Source of the DNA: an uncultured bacterium
GTDB taxonomy: Bacteria; Lernaellota; Lernaellaia; Lernaellales; Lernaellaceae
Length of the DNA: 28,640 nucleotides
Direction: 5' to 3'
Assembly (NCBI GenBank): GCA_964534375.1
Contig: CAZHPN010000065.1
Coordinates: forward strand, 1-28,640
Within the stretch, counting starts at the first letter, position 1; every line of letters starts with the position of its first letter. The translations under genes were made by a program, and so were the position numbers. This document shows, one piece after another, positions 25,094-28,640 of the stretch. A model generated the notes under the pieces. That model did no database searches, was not told the origin of the DNA, and saw only the letters and a program-made list of their open reading frames with translations.

Positions 25094-26941
25094 ATGCTGG
25101 AGCGGCTGGCCGAATACGATCGCCTGATTTTCTACGCGATCAATCACGACTGGTCGGATCCGGGCCTCGACGTTTTGTTCGCGTTTTTCACGTACCTCGG
25201 CCACAGCGCGGCGCTGGCCCCGCTCGGCCTGCTTTGCCTGTACGCCTTCGACCGCAAGAATTTTCCGAAAAACTTCCTCGTGATGGGCGCGGTGCTGCTG
25301 TTCGGCGGGCTGTGGGTCCAACTCGTCAAAGCCTTTATCGACCGCCCGCGGCCGTTCGCCGACCCGCTGCTCGGGGCAGACACGGCGGCGGCGATCAAGA
25401 CGAGCCTCTTCGGCCTGGTCGACGAATGGAACGTGCCGCTGGCCCCGCGGCTGCCGGCGCTGGCGTACTGTTCGGGCGCGCTGCACCTCATCGGGCCGCG
25501 GCTCGCCCGCCATTCCTACCCGAGCGGCCACGCCGCCGCCGCCTTCGGCGCCGCGACGGCCTTGACCTACGCCTACCGGCGCTGGTTCTGGCTGTTTTTT
25601 CTGCCGGCCGCCGCGGTCGCGGTCAGCCGCGTTTATGTCGGCGCGCATTTTCCGCTGGATGTCGTCATCGGCGCGCTGATCGGCGTCGTCAACGCCTGGG
25701 CGCTGCTCGATTGGCTGCGGCCGTACACCGGCATCGGCCTGCGCCGGCCCCGGACGTTCGCGCCGGCGGCGTCGCCCCCGGGCCAGCCGTTGATCATGCT
25801 GACCGCCGGCGAGGCGAGCGCCGATGCGTATGCCGCGCGGCTGGTCGCGGCTTTCAAGGGGACCACGCCGGGCGCGCGGTTCATCGGCGTCGGCGGCGAG
25901 CAGACAATCGCGGCGGGCCTCGAGCCGCTGGGCCGCGCCGACGAGCTGGCGATCGTCGGCTTCACGGGGGTGCTGACGGGCCTGCGCGGCCTGCGGCGCG
26001 TCTACCGCGCGTTGCTCGGGGCGATGGACCGCCGCCGGCCCGACGCGCTGGTGTGCCTCGATCTGCCGGACTTCAACCTCGGCCTCGCGAACCAGGCCAA
26101 GGGGCGCGGCATTCCGGTGCTCTACTACATCAGTCCGCAGGTGTGGGCGTGGCGGCCGGGGCGGATCGCCACCATCGCCGACCGCATCGACCGCATGGTC
26201 GTGACGCTGCCGTTCGAAAAGCCGCTGTACGAAAAAGAGCACGTGCCCGTCGACTTTTTCGGGCACCCGATTCTGGAAACGATTCGGCCGAAATACGCGT
26301 CGCGCGACGAGGCCCGCCGCGCCTTCGGCCTGGCGCTCGACTGCCCGGTCGTCGTGCTGGCGCCGGGCAGCCGCAGGAATGAAATCGCGCACCTCGCGCC
26401 CGTGCTGGCGGGGGCGGCGCGGCTGCTGGCGGCGCAGCGGCCCGACCTGCAATTCGTCGTGCCGCTCGCGCCGACCGTCGACGACGGCGAAGTGCGGGCG
26501 ATTTTCGCCGCGGCGGGCGTCGCGCCGGCGTACACGCGCGGCGAATATTACGACACGGTCGCCTGCGCCGACGCGGGGATCGTCACCAGCGGCACGGCCA
26601 CGCTCGAAGCCGCCCTGGCCGGCCTGCCGCACGTCATCGTCTATCGCGGCAACGTCCTGAATTACGCGATCGCCCGCCGTGTGGTGCAGGTGGACAAAAT
26701 CGGCCTGCCGAATATTATTCTGGGGCGGGTTGCTTTCCGCGAGCTGATCCAGAAAGAATGCACCCCGGAGGCGGCGGCCGCCCAGGCGCTGGCGTTGCTG
26801 GCGGGTCCCGCACGGGAGGCGGCGCTCGCGGCGTGCGCCGAGGTGCGCCGCGCGCTTTCCGGCGGCGAGGTCAGCCGGCAGACGGCCGCGGCGCTGCAGG
26901 CGCTGATTCGGCGCCGGCCGCCGGCGACGGACGCAAAATGA
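25094..26941 (+). CDS. lpxB: Fusion of a PAP2-family membrane phosphatase (N-term) and lipid-A-disaccharide synthase LpxB (C-term), 615 aa
   Basis: GGGAG RBS. PAP2 motifs KAFIDRPRP, SYPSGH, SRVYVGAHFPLDV. In the same frame, LpxB motifs AGEASAD, DLPDFN, YYISPQVWAWR, LPFE, GHP, LAPGSR, TSGTATLE, IGLPNII. Confidence 0.92.
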   Translation: MLERLAEYDRLIFYAINHDWSDPGLDVLFAFFTYLGHSAALAPLGLLCLYAFDRKNFPKNFLVMGAVLLFGGLWVQLVKAFIDRPRPFADPLLGADTAAAIKTSLFGLVDEWNVPLAPRLPALAYCSGALHLIGPRLARHSYPSGHAAAAFGAATALTYAYRRWFWLFFLPAAAVAVSRVYVGAHFPLDVVIGALIGVVNAWALLDWLRPYTGIGLRRPRTFAPAASPPGQPLIMLTAGEASADAYAARLVAAFKGTTPGARFIGVGGEQTIAAGLEPLGRADELAIVGFTGVLTGLRGLRRVYRALLGAMDRRRPDALVCLDLPDFNLGLANQAKGRGIPVLYYISPQVWAWRPGRIATIADRIDRMVVTLPFEKPLYEKEHVPVDFFGHPILETIRPKYASRDEARRAFGLALDCPVVVLAPGSRRNEIAHLAPVLAGAARLLAAQRPDLQFVVPLAPTVDDGEVRAIFAAAGVAPAYTRGEYYDTVACADAGIVTSGTATLEAALAGLPHVIVYRGNVLNYAIARRVVQVDKIGLPNIILGRVAFRELIQKECTPEAAAAQALALLAGPAREAALAACAEVRRALSGGEVSRQTAAALQALIRRRPPATDAK

Positions 26942-28640
26942 ACGACACGAAGAACGAGCAAGCGGGTTTCGCGCGGCGTACGGCGTCGGCGGTCGGCGCG
27001 CGCGTTCGCCGGTCGGCGAGGGAGCGTTTCGACCGCTTCCGCGCGAGCCGCGAATATCAGATTTTCGCCCGGCTCTTCCGCTACTTCCTGCCTTACAAAA
27101 TCTGGGTCGCCGTGGCGCTGGGGTTCGCGCTGGTGGTGTCCACCGCGGACGGCGCGGTGCCGGCGTACCTCGTCCAGCCGATCATGGACAAGATTTTCGC
27201 CAATCCGGACAAGACGACGGCCTACGCGTGGCTGAGAATGATGCCGTTCCTGATCGTCGCCGTGTTCGTGGGGAAGGGCGTGCTGCGGTTCCTGCACAAT
27301 TACATCATCTGCGTCATCGGCCAACGCGTGATCCGCCAGGTGCGGGGTCAACTCTACGAGCATTACCAACAGCTTTCGATCGACTACTACACCGACACCA
27401 ACACCGGCGTGATGATGAGCCGCATCACCAACGACGTGAACATGATGGAGCGGGCCGTGCCCGCGCTGACAAGCATGATTCGCGACCCGTTCGGCGTGCT
27501 GGGTCTGGCCGTGGTCGCCGTCGTCATGTGGTGGAAGATGGCGGTGATCGTCATCGTCATCACGGCGCTGACCGCGTATCCGATCCAACTGTTCGGGCGC
27601 AAGGTCCGCAAATACACCGGCCGCGGCCAGACGTTCATGGGCTTGATGAACACGATCCTCAAAGAAAACTTTTCCGGCATCCGCGTCATCAAGGCGTTCG
27701 GCATGGAGAAATATGAGATCGAACGCTTTCGCAAGGAGAACGAACGGGTCTACGGGGCCAATGTCGCCCGCGTAAAATACGATGAACTCACCGCGCCGGC
27801 GATCGAGGCCCTGGGCGCGATCGCGCTATCGGCCGTCGTGGTCTTCGGCGGCGCGCAAGTGCTCAGCGGCGTCATCACGACCGGCCGGTTTTTCTCGTTT
27901 GTCGCCGCCGTGCTCCTGATGTACGAGCCCTTGAAGCGCACCGCGCGGATGTACACCGCGTTTCAGAGCGCCATCGGCGCCGCCGAGCGCGTCTTTGACG
28001 TGCTCGACACCTCGGCCACCATCGCCGACCGCCCCGGCGCGGCGGAACTGCCGCCGATTCGCGACCGCATCGATTTCGAGCACGTGCAGTTCTGCTACCA
28101 CGGTTCGCCGGACATCGTGCTGCACGACTTCAACCTCGAAGTGCGCGCCGGTCAGACCATCGCCATCGTTGGCGGCAGCGGCTCCGGCAAGACGACGCTG
28201 ATCAATCTGATCCCGCGGTTCTACGACCCGACCGGCGGGCGCATTCTCATCGATGGCGTGGACCTGCGCGACGTGACGATGACGAGCCTGCGGCGGCAAA
28301 TCGCGATGGTCACGCAGGATACTTTCCTGTTCGACGACACGGTGCGGAAGAACATCGCCTACGGCCGCGGCGACGCCGACCTCGCGCGCATCGTCGACGC
28401 CGCGAAAATGGCCTACGCGCACGATTTCATCATGTCGTTTCCGAAAGGTTACGACACCGACATCGGCGAACTGGGCGTGAAGCTTTCGGGCGGCCAACGG
28501 CAGCGGCTGGCGATCGCCCGCGCGCTGTTCAAGAACGCGCCCATTCTGATTCTCGACGAAGCGACGAGCAGCCTGGACACCGAATCCGAGCGCGAGGTGC
28601 AACTGGCGCTCGAGAACCTGATGCAGGGCCGCACGACGTT
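26938..28640 (+). CDS. msbA: Lipid A export ABC transporter (MsbA-like), 3' end runs off the window
   Basis: ATGA overlap with the lpxB stop; my translation (MNDTKNEQ...FARLFRYFLPYK) gives a 6-TM domain (MSRITNDV, GIRVIKAF), Walker A GGSGSGKTT, LSGGQRQR, ILILDEATSSLD. Confidence 0.9.
   Translation, partial: MNDTKNEQAGFARRTASAVGARVRRSARERFDRFRASREYQIFARLFRYFLPYKIWVAVALGFALVVSTADGAVPAYLVQPIMDKIFANPDKTTAYAWLRMMPFLIVAVFVGKGVLRFLHNYIICVIGQRVIRQVRGQLYEHYQQLSIDYYTDTNTGVMMSRITNDVNMMERAVPALTSMIRDPFGVLGLAVVAVVMWWKMAVIVIVITALTAYPIQLFGRKVRKYTGRGQTFMGLMNTILKENFSGIRVIKAFGMEKYEIERFRKENERVYGANVARVKYDELTAPAIEALGAIALSAVVVFGGAQVLSGVITTGRFFSFVAAVLLMYEPLKRTARMYTAFQSAIGAAERVFDVLDTSATIADRPGAAELPPIRDRIDFEHVQFCYHGSPDIVLHDFNLEVRAGQTIAIVGGSGSGKTTLINLIPRFYDPTGGRILIDGVDLRDVTMTSLRRQIAMVTQDTFLFDDTVRKNIAYGRGDADLARIVDAAKMAYAHDFIMSFPKGYDTDIGELGVKLSGGQRQRLAIARALFKNAPILILDEATSSLDTESEREVQLALENLMQGRTT

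Noticed and set aside
294..28634. Many long overlapping or antisense ORFs in the ORF track (e.g. 294..1421+, 6524..8413-, 10039..11871-, 22831..25092-, 24953..26632-)
   Set aside because: Arg/Ala/Pro/Gly-rich shadow frames expected in high-GC DNA; each overlaps a gene with recognisable motifs.

Overview
High-GC chromosomal window from a diderm bacterium. Gene content and protein styles (MepA-LysM, tandem PilZ, PAS-LuxR, poly-Asp lipoprotein, LpxI) suggest a deltaproteobacterial/Myxococcota-like lineage (inference only). About 25 genes are supported. From left to right: a CHAT/caspase-like pseudo-protease, a MepA-LysM endopeptidase, rpmA-rplU, a double-FHA membrane protein, a 2-hydroxyacyl-CoA dehydratase pair with no activator nearby, three GT-C-type membrane glycosyltransferases, a PAS-LuxR regulator, a 16-Cys lipoprotein, a PAS gene interrupted by an in-frame TGA, a tandem PilZ protein, a B12-binding radical-SAM-like protein lacking its CxxxCxxC motif, and an orphan PhoB-like regulator. 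The window ends with an unusual lipid A operon: lpxA, a GnnA-like dehydrogenase, lpxI, a beta-barrel OMP, a lipoprotein, a PAP2 phosphatase-LpxB fusion, and msbA (truncated). The best candidate for a new system is the PAP2-LpxB fusion translationally coupled to msbA. Several intergenic short-repeat and palindromic elements are present. I found no tRNA, rRNA, CRISPR array or transposase. All family calls come from motif recognition by eye, not database searches.
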